Source: Azolla caroliniana
Taxonomy: Eukaryota; Plantae; Polypodiophyta
Reading direction: 5' to 3'
NCBI GenBank assembly: GCA_043228905.1
Contig: JBHGNT010000014.1
Coordinates: 14,260,001 to 14,324,000, forward strand
Length of the DNA: 64,000 bases
The number at the start of each line of letters is the position of its first letter. The first letter of the stretch is position 1. The notes under the pieces were generated by a model. The model searched no databases. It saw only the letters and a program-made list of their open reading frames with translations, and was not told the DNA's origin. A program made the translations under genes and the position numbers. Positions 34,082 through 46,800 of this stretch are shown here, in pieces.

Positions 34082-37000
34082 AGGGGGGGGGGGATTAAGC
34101 ACTTAAGAGGATTGATTAAGCATAGGAGTTGGTAATTAATGGATTGGATTGTATTGGAGGAGGAAGAAGAAGGTGTAATGGATTGGATTGGTGAAAGGGT
34201 AGGAAAACAATTAGATGCTAATTAGGAAATCATTTGGGAATTAGTGCTAAATAGCAAAAGTTGAGAAGAGTGGGCCAATTAAGGATCAAATGAAGGAATA
34301 TTATGAAGCCCAAAGGCCCCCAATTATATACATACATATATATATACATATATAAACATATAGATGTGTATACATGATGGTCATTGGATCATTATCATCA
34401 TGATCCTCTCATCTTCATGATTAATAATTATTGTAAAGGGGAATAAGTGACTAATAAATTCAATGCTCTCTCAATACTATTTTGTTTGTGATCCATTCAA
34501 TAATTACTTGGGAAGAAAACATTCAAGCGGTTTGGCCCCACTCCCACCTTTTCATGATTGGAGACAGTTTTTTTGGGGGGTATGTTCCTATGCTATCTTT
34601 TCAAAGGTCTATACTATGTATATATGACACAATTGTAATGGGACATGCATACATACATAGAGATCCATCCATCCATATACACATACATACATACAACATG
34701 TTGTGATTGTGATCTATCGATTACACATGTCGTGAATGCGAGCCGTAGTAAACAAGGACTCGCCTCAAGATAATTAGAGAGATTAGTCGACCTGATTTAC
34801 GAGCTACCATTGCCCTTTCGCTTGCGCCCTACACTTGACTCGCACCACCACTACAAGGACTTTAGATAAATCATGTGTTTCTCGCTTTCCACACCGATAT
34901 CATCAAAATCCTATGTGTTCTTCCCCACGGCTCAAAGTGTAAGATTGACTTTAATCCAAATACACGAGCTGCTGGTGCATTACGCCCTCTACATTGGCTA
35001 TCTTTGTAACATAACACTCTTTTTGGGTCCACACTTGGTCATGTTTCTTTCCATCCAAAGGAAGTTAAATATCACCTCTCTCTCCCTCTCTTGTGTCCTT
35101 TTCACTTGTCGCATTAGTGCCATGTGAGCAACCAATCATGCCTCAATGATTTCCTTTCGCTTCCCTCCCACGTATACTTGCCATCAATCGATTTTCTATA
35201 TCCGCCAATCTTATGTGCAACCAGTCTTTGGGTTACCATCAATCTAGTAATCATGGTCTCTTGCTCATAATAATGCATCCCATGGGCGGAAACCTATAGC
35301 TACTAAGGTCAACTATGATCTCACAATTTGATTCTTGTGGAATAATTAATATATCATGTGAAACACACATATGTGAGACCATATTAAATTATGTCATCCA
35401 AAAGTTTGAATTCCATGTTTTTGGTAAATTGACATGCATGCTTTTCGATATTAATTGGCATTATCACAGCTCTTGTTTTTATACAATGACATTGCAATTG
35501 TTCATGTAGTCTCTTTTCGAGAGTGCAATATATCAATGTGGGGTCATATCGTATTTGTTCGTTTAGTAGTCAATGCAAACAAAATAATTGGACACGGCAC
35601 CACATTATCTTAGAAATGTAGCGTATGACAAACCATCATAGTGTTTTAATACTCCCCAAGGATCCTATAAATTTTAAAGAACACTCCATTCAAAGGTTTG
35701 TATGGGACTTTTCTTTGTCTTATATTACTCATACATTTGGGCCCCACAATTACGAAAAAGGGGTTTGATTAGCGTAAGTATGTAGCTCCAATCATTCTAC
35801 CAGATGTTTATTTTCTCACTCATTCTTTGTACAGTTCTATCAAAAGTATTATGAGTAGAAAGAACATACATACATAATTTATGAGCAATTTAGAAACGTT
35901 TTTCATCCCAATTAGGAAATGACATCTATGATTACACACTTTGTGCGAAGTAACTTATGTTTGTCAACACTTATTAAGGAGTCTTTACTTTACAAGTTAC
36001 ATGAATTCCTACAAAATATGGTTGTTACGAATAATACCATATGTAACTATATACATGCATCACTTTATCTCTTCCACACAACATAGTATAGTCATCATAA
36101 CATGCATGGCATCTCAAAGCTTTAGAAAGTAAATCTTTTCATGAGCTCAAATTTTCTAGAGAAGTGATAATATGGTAATACGTCACGAAGGTTACATGAT
36201 GAAAATGCCACACATCATGTTTCTCGTGGTAAAAATGTGGGCAATGAAACTTATTCCGATCTATACTTTTCACGATGGATATCGCATGCAATCTCCATTA
36301 CACATTCTTGCTTGTTCTTTTGAGTTGATCTTGCACACAATGTAAAAAAATCTTCTCGTAAACGAATTCCTTTTCTATTCATAATGGTGCTTTACAAAGT
36401 TTTCGTTCAAATATCATAGCCTCATTATTGTGGGTTATCGTCAAATCTATGTTGCCTCCTCAAAGTACGTGGAAGTTAGAGATTCAAAAATAAAACTCAA
36501 CCTGTTCTCATCTTCAACTCCTTTTATTTTATAGCTTTTATTTGGAAACTAACCGAATCATGCAGAAGAGTTTCATGAATTTCGTTATAGCTCATGACTT
36601 TCATCATCGAGAATTGTATTTAAAAATTACCCCTATATGAATAACTATATAAGATTGGTTTATTGAGAGATGCTAGGTTGCATTTTTCAAAGCTCAAAGA
36701 ATCACTGAAAGATCAAGTTTCAGAAAAGAAATAATTTCTTGGGCAGGCGTAGCATGGTAGACCAGTAAATCGACTACAAGTTCTGTCATGTGGCCCACTA
36801 AAAATGAATGCGCTTAACAAAATTGTTAACAAACCTTGTGGTGTGGTGACTGTTTTAAGAGGTAGACAAGTAATTTATGATGGTATCATGTGTGTCGTCA
36901 TGGAAAACAATAGTGATACTAGAATAAAAATAGTTCACAAACATGGTAAGAAATTAGAGAAATGGCCTGACATATTCCATGTTTTGCATGACTACTCATG

Positions 37001-38326
37001 CATGTTCAACGCATCACTATGCTATTAATATACCATTATTTCATAATATCACATTAACAATGGACGATACCAATGTTTATTTTTGTTCGCATTAAAAAAC
37101 AAACCCTAAGAAGGTTCCTTAAAGTTTGTATTTTATTTCGTCACATCTTATTCTCTTTATAACCGTTTTGTTGCAAGAGAGACATGCCATTAAAATTCAA
37201 TTATCATTGTCACACCCTAAGTTGACGAAGTGATGTATACCCAAGCATCTATATTGGGAATATTAGCCACCCAATTAAACATTACCAAACTCATAAGCAC
37301 TTGCATCTACATAGCAACATAAATATTGCCTACAATTACCACACCTAAAGTCAGACAAAGACATGGACACCCATATATCTTGCTAGGGATTACCTACCCT
37401 CCAATTAAAAGAGACTATAGTAGAAACACTTGTATCTTATACATCATTTATAAAGTTGCCACGTGTATAGAGATTTGGTGCACTAAACCACACTTACACC
37501 CGGATAAGAGGGAGAATTAGTGGCTTTTGAGGCTCAAGGCCAATGGAAGATTGGTATTGAGTATCGAGTAGTTTCCTTTCGTTAACATTACTATCTTTTA
37601 ATTTTAACAAAGTTTACTTATAGCGGTATAATATTATGATAGAGTAGTTTCAACTTGTATTGATAAGTAAGGCAATATATAGATTTATTATTACTAGTGA
37701 GTGACCATTTGGATGCTACCCTTAGGTATGTTCTAGACATGATATACCTAAAGTAAATTTGTGGTATGTACATATGGATAAACAATGTCAATCTTGCATT
37801 CCCTCTTTAAACATGTTGCCAACATTACAAATATAAACTAATTAACCATAGTATTCGCTATTACAAGCAATTTACTAACAAGGCTAGAGATATGCTCAAA
37901 TTAGCTCGCCAATAAAACCATGTTTTGGGACACTCATGATAATTATCTCAGTCTACAAATGCACAATGTGTATGTGTGAAATTTTAAGCAGTAACTATGA
38001 AGAAACACTAAATATAGCTCAGATACATATAAATCCATCAAATAATAAATCATTCACACATCACTAGAGTTACTACAAATGTTTTCAGGCCATCGTAATT
38101 TCTTGTATTCAAATGAACTTTGAAGTAGTTTGAGAATCCATATAATATACACAATTAGACACTACCATCTATGCAAAGTTGGCAATGTCTAATGGTGGGT
38201 GAACAATTTCTTCAATATATTCTATTTTCAAGATATCCCATTTCTCAATCTTCTTCGGGATCAAACATTTGTTGAATTATCAAACACACACATATAATAT
38301 ACACCATTGATCTAGATTTGTAAACA

Positions 38327-38590
38327 CTTTGACAAACCCTTGGAACCACTCAGCCATGGATATTTTTCTGGTGGACATCAATATGTCAACGTCATAGATG
38401 ATTACCAAGACATTATAGTATGTGTCTTTATAAATGTATAAATGTACATGTACACACCCATATATGTGTGCCTATATCTTTGACAAACCCTTGGAACCAC
38501 TCATTTGCGGTTATTTTTCTAATGTTGTGAAGGACGTCAATATTTCAATGATAGATGATTACCAAGACAATATAGTATGTTTCTTTGTAT
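38327..38590. repeat. two-copy ~150-bp local duplication
   Basis: ctttgacaaacccttggaaccactca ... gatgattaccaagaca.tatagtatgt occurs twice. Confidence 0.75.
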
Positions 38591-41161
38591 ATGTACATGC
38601 ATACACACACATCTATATAACTAGAAGACAAACTTAAGAATAATGTGAATGTCTCTTAAGAATTGGTCAAACCCTGTTGGCGCCCATTGGAATCGTGAAA
38701 GTTCACTATTTTTGGTTCCATCTCTTCTAAGTTTTTCATTTTTTCTCGTCATTTATCATTCAGATATTTGTATCTCTCTATGTAACATATATATAATATA
38801 TGTATTAGTTTAAACTTTTAAAGCTTATAGCATGATTCACTCCAAATCAAATGATGAGTTCAAACAATGTTGTGGCTTCATATTTGCTTTTCCTAGAAGA
38901 TTTCCCTAAACTAGCCATTCAAGTATAGGGATAAAAGTCTAATGTGTGCATCACTACGTGGATTCACGAAACAACTGGGAGAATTTCATGTAATCTTATT
39001 AAAATGCTACCTTTTATTAGTGAAGTCTTGTTGTAAGTAAGGCTTCACCATGAAAGAGAGAATATATTGAGACAAACCCTTGTGTATTTGGTTCCATGCA
39101 TTTTTCTGCGGTCATTCCTGTGGTTTGGCAACGCAAATTGGAGAAGTTGTGTGAGCTTGGTGGATTTGGTGATCAATGATGAGAAAATATCTTTAGCAAT
39201 GATGTGTACTTTTACTATCTATATGAACCAAATGATTTTCTCATCTAAAATGATTAAGCTAAAGTGTGTGCTATTTGCTATATTAGATTAAACTTTTAAC
39301 TAATCTTGATGCTTTCGTATATTTTGGAGAATGATTTAAATATGACCTAACTAGCGATTGACATTCTAAGGGAAATGTCCAGGTGCTCACAAACAATCAC
39401 ACAAAAGAAATGCTGTTTTGCTTCAACAATTTGAGAACATTGTCACAAAGAAGTAGTTGGAATGGTAAAGAAACACCCTTATTCTAACAGTTCATGACGC
39501 TCTTATCATGGCGTCTTAAGCTATGGTTTATGTCCATGCATGCCAGTGCATGTGCATATATACATTTCACATGCTTATCAATGGCAAAATATGTGTTAAT
39601 TGAACATAGTTTTTCATTAAATATTCATAACGAGAAAAGTAACATCTTGAAATTGAGTGATGGACACAAAAAAAAAGAGCCACATGAACAATATACAAAT
39701 ACAAAGATGTACAACTTGAACCCATCGAGAATCAAGACTCTTGATTCTTGAATGCCTTTTATGAGATCGTTATTAGCAACATTGAAATTTCAATATTATT
39801 TTTTCAAAATTTTTATTGTTAAAGCTCTTCTAGTTGAAATCTCAAAGAACATGTAAAAGGAAATTAGTTCTACAATAAACCAACATTTAAACTGTAACTT
39901 GAAATAGAACAAAATGGCGTTTTATCTTAGATTCAATAAGCATCACCTAATAAGGAAATAATAGAGTTAAAATAGGCAAAAACATTAATACTGCAGCTTC
40001 AATATAAAGCAAATTTCATTTCTTTTCATTTTTTTATGAAGTGTTTCTTTAGTGCTATTATTTTCCTTTGTCCCCATTAAAATTATTAGAAAAAGGTCTT
40101 ATGACTATTTCTCTAGCTCCATAGTGAGCCATATTTGTCCATATTATGGTCCTCGGTGCAAAAATTGATGTAATGCTGCCACATCTATAATCTTCAAGCT
40201 TGTAAGTTATAACTATGTAATGACTATGGTTTTTGTAGAGTGAGAACAATTTATATGCCACAATACAAAGTTGGTTCGTGCTTGATCATTATGAATTGTA
40301 CTCAACATATTGGCTTTAGTTCATGAACTAAGGACACAAGCAAGCATTTTAATCCCAACAAGGGTGTGGTGGACATACTAAAAATAGTTTAGGGCTTGGA
40401 TAAATCAATCATCTAAGACACATGTGACCTAACTTGATATTCTTTAAACGTAAAGTAATTGTGCTTCGGCTGTATGTGTTTGAATAATTTGCAGTACTGC
40501 ATGAATGAGCCCTCACCAAAATCCTATAATGTAGTTAATATATATAAATATTTCCAAGAAAATACAAACGAAGTAAAAAGATGTGGAGAATAAGATAATA
40601 TAAATGTAGCTAAAGAAGAGGAGAAAATTCCACAAGGTTAAGAAGAGGGTGATTCCTAACTTTGCTCAATAAATGAGTGAATGATAAATAAAACACATGT
40701 GCATAACAAAAAATTACTTTATTCCCATAATGTTAGTTGAGGGTTATATACTGAAAACTTCCAGATTTGACATTGAGGATGCAACATTTCTTTTAAAGCC
40801 AAACTTGAGTCTAATCTTTTCTCAACCATAATAATGAGAGGAAGAGGTGGTGCAGTAGACTAAAGTGAAGGGAGGGAGAAAGGTGGTGGTGTACATGAAG
40901 AGTGATGGAAAAGGTGATATTGGTATGCTAGTCGATTATCATATGTTTATATTATGTAGTGATTTATTATCTTTTAATTTGGTTAAGTATTTACTATGGT
41001 ATAAATATTATTTAGTTGTTACTATTTTTTTGTGTTTATTTGCTAATAATAGTGTAGGAGTATATAGAATATTTGAAGGATTTTACATTATAAACTCAAT
41101 GTGTTGATTCCATTTAATTCAACAAAATGTACAATGATGCAACAAGTAGTTGCCAATGGTG

Positions 41162-42565
41162 TTTTTTTTTTTCCAAAAAAAAACTCCTTCCATTAGTTAT
41201 AAAATTTTACAAATGAGGCGAATATGTACAAATCCCTAAAGGGACACGATAGTTCCATCTAATGTGGAAGCCCACTGACTCAAGAAAGGGAGAGGACGAC
41301 CATTGTTGGATGAAGGCTATGCGTTGTCTTTCAACTCCCTCGGAGCCACCTTTAAGGCCATCATATTGGCTCTTCAGAGTGGCTACAATTTCACTCCATA
41401 TCTCTTGCAGTAACCTTGTTGGATGGGTGGTTTGGTTGGAGAAGACTCGCCTACATCGTTGTTTCCATAGAATCCAAAGGGTTATTGGGCTGACCAATTC
41501 CAACACCTCTTGAGATTTGTCATTAAGAGGAAAATAGAGGACATTGTCACTGGAGGAGAAAAGAACCTCTTGTGCTTTTATCACCAAAGTCATCCCCTCC
41601 TCCTGATGCTCGTATCGGCCAATTGCAGCTTGCCATGATAGCCAACATATATTTCCCCACTTGATTGAACCTTGCACCTGGCATAATTGCAACAAGTGGC
41701 CAACCCCCCACCATGTTCTATGGGACGTTGGGCAGTCCCACAGAGCGTGTCGTATGGATTCTACTGAATGTGGGCACTCTACACAATTAGGAGAGTTAAG
41801 GTTCCCACGTTGCCATGCTCCCACCGGTAGGGACTTATGTATTAACAGCCATTGGAAAGTGGTAATTCGCCTCGCGTGTTGTTGCTTCCAGATTTTCTAC
41901 CAAAACTTGGTGATTATTGCGGAGGGAACTTGAAATGTGCGCCAGACCTTTGCAACAGCCGGTTCTCGGGCGGCTTGAGCAGCTAGAATGTGGTGACCCA
42001 ATCTACTTGTGAATTGGAAGAAAGGGATGGGTTTGCTTCCTTGCCCCGCGTAGGGATCACACCATGTCCATTGCAAAGGGTCCCAACTGACCTTACACAA
42101 CCATGTGTTTTCATGAGTACATCATATATGCCAATCGGGTTGTACTTTGATCGGATCAGGATCTACAACCCATTTATGACCAGTGTACGCGAGTACTCGA
42201 ATGGCGTTATTCTGTGTGGGTGTCTCAGTGTCTCTCACTTCATGGCCTTCGAGCATGTCTGGTGATCCCCTACCTCTCGGGATCAGAGAGCCCTCCTCCT
42301 CGTGGCCTATCCATTTCTCCATTGTCGTCCTTTGAGTAGCAGAGTCCCTAATCAGTAGCGCGTTAATGATTTCCGATCTCATAGTCCATCCGCCCCTGAT
42401 TTCATGGAGTATGTTCGCTTGATCTTGTAGTGGCATTGACATAAACCGTCGCCAACATTCAATACTTTTGCCTGGACCTTCTACAATGTATCCCCATGAC
42501 AACCCCTTACGTGATCCCAATAGTTGATTAGATTCATCCTTGAGACATGGGTTGATGAGACACAA
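41162..42565 (-). mobile_element. L1-type LINE 3' fragment, 5'-truncated, degenerate
   Basis: CVECPHSVESIRHALWDC (zf-RVT), LWILWKQRCRRVF; similar to the 360-1511 relic; A tail seen as a T run at 41162-41172. Confidence 0.85.
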
Positions 42566-43632
42566 TGTTATTAGGAGTCCCTTAGATGAGGTGCTATATC
42601 TTTTATTGTATTTATAAATGTTTATTTGTTTTATTATTTATTTATTTCAGCACTCCTGCCTAATGGAATTATCAAAACATCATGACACACGATATGTGCT
42701 TGTGATTTGAAAGTAGCTTCGTAAGAAAATTGGCCCACGTCGACGTTGGTGGCGTTAACTTTAATTCTATCTTTTTATCTTCGATTAAGTCTCGTAAAAA
42801 ATGAAGCTTTACGAAGACATGTCAAATATCGATGCTTGCTCTTGGATTTCACTCTAGCTTTATATGATTATCACACTTTTGAACGAATATGAACAAGCAT
42901 GGGTGCACGAAAACGGAGGGGTGGGGTTTAGGGTTGTAGAGAGTGCCCCGAATGCAAAAGATCGACGCCAAGCTCCCCTCCTCCTCAAATGCTAGGTATG
43001 TCTTGTTGATTAGGGTGTAGGGTTAGTAGTAGGGTTACACTGGGATAAAGGAACATGTGGGCGAAAGAGCCAACAACAGGAGCTAAAGTGTCAATGGTGA
43101 CAACTAAGGTGACAACAACAAAGGTGCTCATGGTAAGGTTGGTGGACTCTAGGTATGCATTGCAAGGTAGCAACATGTTGAGAATGCAGAGCGAAGCAAA
43201 GTAGGAGATATGTCGAATGAAGTAGGGAAACACATTAATGGCGGAGATAGTAGGATATGTAAGGAACCAATCAATTTGACAAACTAGGTGGGGTGGATGA
43301 AAGAGGAGGTTAGGGATCCTCTAACTAGCAAGGTAGAGGTTGTCTATGGAGTTAATTGCACAATGCACTCGCGAGTGTGGGGAGAGCTGGAGGTTTGGAA
43401 TAAAGAGGTTGGGAAGCAATCAACTTGAGGAGATCACCCCAACCATGCATTATGGCATATGGTGAGTGAGGGAGTAACAGAGAGGCATCGGGGGCTGCAA
43501 CGAGGGTCATCGTAGGAGTTGGACTATGTTGCGGAGATGGAAGCCACGGAGGACATATTGTAGGTAGAAAATCTTCTACAGGAATGTGGTCAAGCGCATA
43601 ATACATGCCCGAGATGAGGTCATGATAAGGAA

Positions 43633-46335
43633 ATGGACATGAAGGTGAGCTTTGAGATACTAGAGGTTTTTCTATTGGAGGAAGAAAGCAAAATCTTGAA
43701 TCCGGAGATCGGAAGACTAAAGAAATGCTCATTCATTTGTAAGCTGCTTGGTGGTAGGCCCAACATAGGTATGGTCCTTGACAATTTGCAAGTAGCTCTT
43801 ATGTATTGGGTCCCACAGATAATGAATGTGCATAATATGGGACGAAATTTCTTCCACATTGAAGTCGTTGAGGGGGATGATGTATTGCAGATTATTGATA
43901 TGAAATTTGTAGAGCTCAAATATGGAAGAGCTCTTTTGATGGAGTGGCATGCTAACTTCAACGTTATGGAGGAAGACAAGAAAATTGGTAATCCCCTGGT
44001 GATTTCTATGGTATTTCCAAATCTTCTTCGGCAATTATACCCCTTGATGCCAAATATTGGGGATAAGATTGGCACAATTTGTCCTTCAAAGGCTATGATG
44101 GTAGATAGAATCAGGGACTTCTCTAAGATTAGTGTGCTTGTGCATAATTCGTCCAAACTCCCCCCCATAATCAGGATTCATGATGTGGAGGCGGGATTGA
44201 TATATGTGGAAGTGGAATACAAGGGCCTACCTAGCCAATGTTTTTACTATTAAAGAAAAGGGTCACATTGCTAAGGAAGGCCCTAGGAAGATCAACAGTA
44301 ACGTCAAGGGAGGAAAGGACAAGGTGCAGGTAGCTAGGCAAGAGAAGATAAGGGTGGAAGGACAGAGCACCCCCAATGGGGCTGAGAAGGAGAAGGCTAA
44401 TGCAGACGCTTGGAATTTGGTTTTGGGATGCAAAAATGGAGTGCATCAAGAATGAAACCCGACTATGCCTCATTTAGGTTTGAGTAATAGCTTCGAAGTA
44501 TTGCAAGAAGAGGAGGACATGCTACATGATCAAAGGACAATTAATGTTGAAGAGGTGGTAGCGTGCACACCCGATGGCATGCTAAACAATGCAAAGCTCA
44601 GTAAGGAAAATGTCATTAGCTCCCCCTCCCCCTCTGGTAAAAGTTGAAGTATCCGATTGAGAGCGGTGAAAGAATATTTACACAATGGAAGATGTCAAGA
44701 AAGCCCACCCACCACTTCGGAAACCCAGAAGTTGCAAGAGACTAGAAAAGGAAGTATGGAGGCAGATGTTCGAGTTCCGGTCAAATTTGTTCAGTCCAAA
44801 AGATTCGAAAGGGACAAGTTCAACAAGAGGTGCAGGTTTAGCCAACAGGCTCTCAAGAGATTGATTGACTTGTGTCATGAGGAAGCCCAAGGCTAAGGGT
44901 TTATGTGCTTGTTGCTGAGCGCAATAAGTTGCTGAATTTATGTTTATCTTTTGACCTGACGAACCTAGAGGTTTTGGCTAGCAACATGGAATGGATCTCG
45001 AGCTCCATAATAGGCAAGGTGCACAAGTACTTTAACAACCTCCCTATCATCTGGAATGGAGATAAATGGATGGTGATGTGGATGAATGCTAGAATGGTAT
45101 GTGGGAGGGTCAATGATTCTTGTATTAAAAAGCAACTGCTACTATGCATAGAGGAGAGGATAGACTCCCTCGATGAGGTGTTACACTTCCACAAGGAGGA
45201 ATTGGGGGATGCTATGAGGCATGATGTAGTGTTGGAATGGGAGAGGATCAATATGAGAGGTTGGGTGTGGACTTAGGGGGAGGGTCTATGTCCTTCATGG
45301 GAGACTTCACTCATGATTTCATGAAATTAGTTACATGGAACATACAAGTTCTAGGCGGTAGGAAAGGCATGCTGGAAAGGAAGAAACTCTATCAGGAGTT
45401 CAACTCCTCGAGCTTCAAAGGGGTCCCAAACATTTTGTTGTTACAAGAGCACCATTTGAGCGTGAACAGAATCTTGAGTATTGACAATCCTCTTGAGGGG
45501 GATTGGCATACTTTTATGGTCTGCCGATTGCAAATGCGTGGATCCTTGTAGGGCATTTTGACACAACTTTGTACAAAGAGTATAAGGTAAGGGGCATGTA
45601 GATGGTAGTGTAGGGGTCAGAGCTAGTTGCATGGGATTCGCTAATGGGCCAGATGGGGGTGAAAGATGCCTAACATGTAATAAAAAAGCCCTAGAGTTCG
45701 CTAAGCTTTTCGAGAGTAGGTTGTAGTATGAATGGCTTTTTCAAGTCACGCATATATAGAATATACATCATTTCAGAATTGGAAAAATATGGAACCAACG
45801 TTGAAATCATCACAGGTTCGGCTTACTCCGATCATATACCGGTTAAGGTAACACTCGTAAATCAGAGGAGACGAACGAGGGGCTGCAACTTGAGGATTAA
45901 CAGGAACTTTTGAGTATTCAGTGGTGAGAAAGAAGATAAAGGGCATATGGGAAAGTAATTCGGCTAGTTGTGGGGTAGTTGATAAACTTCAATCGAAGAT
46001 TACTGAAACTTCAATGTATCTGCATGTAGAGACTAAAAGTAGAATTGTGAGGTCTAAGGAGAAAGAAATGCAATTAAGGAGATCAACAAGGGCTGCCCAA
46101 AGACTTTACAGAAAGATCATTGGTGCCATTGTCCAGGGTGGGTCTTTGAGGCTGCCAAAGAAACACTGCAACACTTGATTGCATCTAGGAACACGATGTT
46201 ATTTAGGAGTTCGGCAACGTGATGGAATAAAAATGGGGATAAGGTGAATAAACAACTTTTTATACAAAAAAAATTGGGTTAAGGTGAGGAGGTGGCGGTT
46301 GCTTTGGCGGGTATTTGTAGAACGTCCTGTCTAGG
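43633..46335 (+). mobile_element. L1-type LINE 5' part (ORF1, AP endonuclease, linker), degenerate, split by G
   Basis: ORF1-like GRNFFHI...VEYKGLPSQCFY..GH; APE motifs LVTWNIQ, LLLQEHHL, SDHIPV; joins GTDGL at 52824 across the CTAGG TSD. Confidence 0.82.
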
Positions 46336-46662
46336 TGTCAGAACAGAGTAAGAGATTGAACGATTGAAGGAAGGTATAAGAGAATAGAAGAAGAGAGGAG
46401 AATGGATTGATAAGAGAAGAGTGGGTTTATTAGAATAGAATGATTACAAGGATGAGTTGGATACAAGGTGGGCTTGGAGCTAAAGACTGGTGTTGATTCG
46501 AATTGATTTGAGGATACATGTATGCCCTTATTTATAGGTTCCTATAGAATAGCTTAGAGATATCTATAATGTTCTAGAATGTTCTAGGACATTCTAGAAT
46601 GATCTAGAGTTTTTACAATGATCAATGTAATATAGAAAGTAGCTTTTATCTTTTCATATGAC

Positions 46663-46735
46663 AATAAGCTATCTTAATGGTTGAGGTTTTCAATTATGGA
46701 TTACAAGGTTTGAGGTTCAATTCCGGGTGACGCCA
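46663..46735 (+). promoter_or_regulatory. tRNA-like Pol III A/B-box module in G 3' LTR
   Basis: TATCTTAATGGTTGAG...AAGGTTTGAGGTTCAATTCC; a second B-box-like GGGTTCAAGTC lies ~50 bp downstream. Confidence 0.55.
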
Positions 46736-46800
46736 TAATGGTCATGTGTTCATGACATAGTCTTGGGTTCAAGTCTAGGTGAAGCATAATGTTCATGTAT

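Noticed and set aside
34370-34510. CAATAATTA-like sites upstream of the HD-Zip gene as autoregulatory elements
   Set aside because: Imperfect matches to the HD-Zip pseudo-palindrome in AT-rich DNA are expected by chance.
34728-35290. Another TGTCGTG start suggesting an LTR of the B/D/E group
   Set aside because: No matching CACGACA end, TSD, U5 hairpin or tRNA-like module found.
35300-41100. Short ORFs in the AT-rich region upstream of the HD-Zip gene
   Set aside because: No recognisable domains or coding bias; treated as intergenic or decayed repeats.
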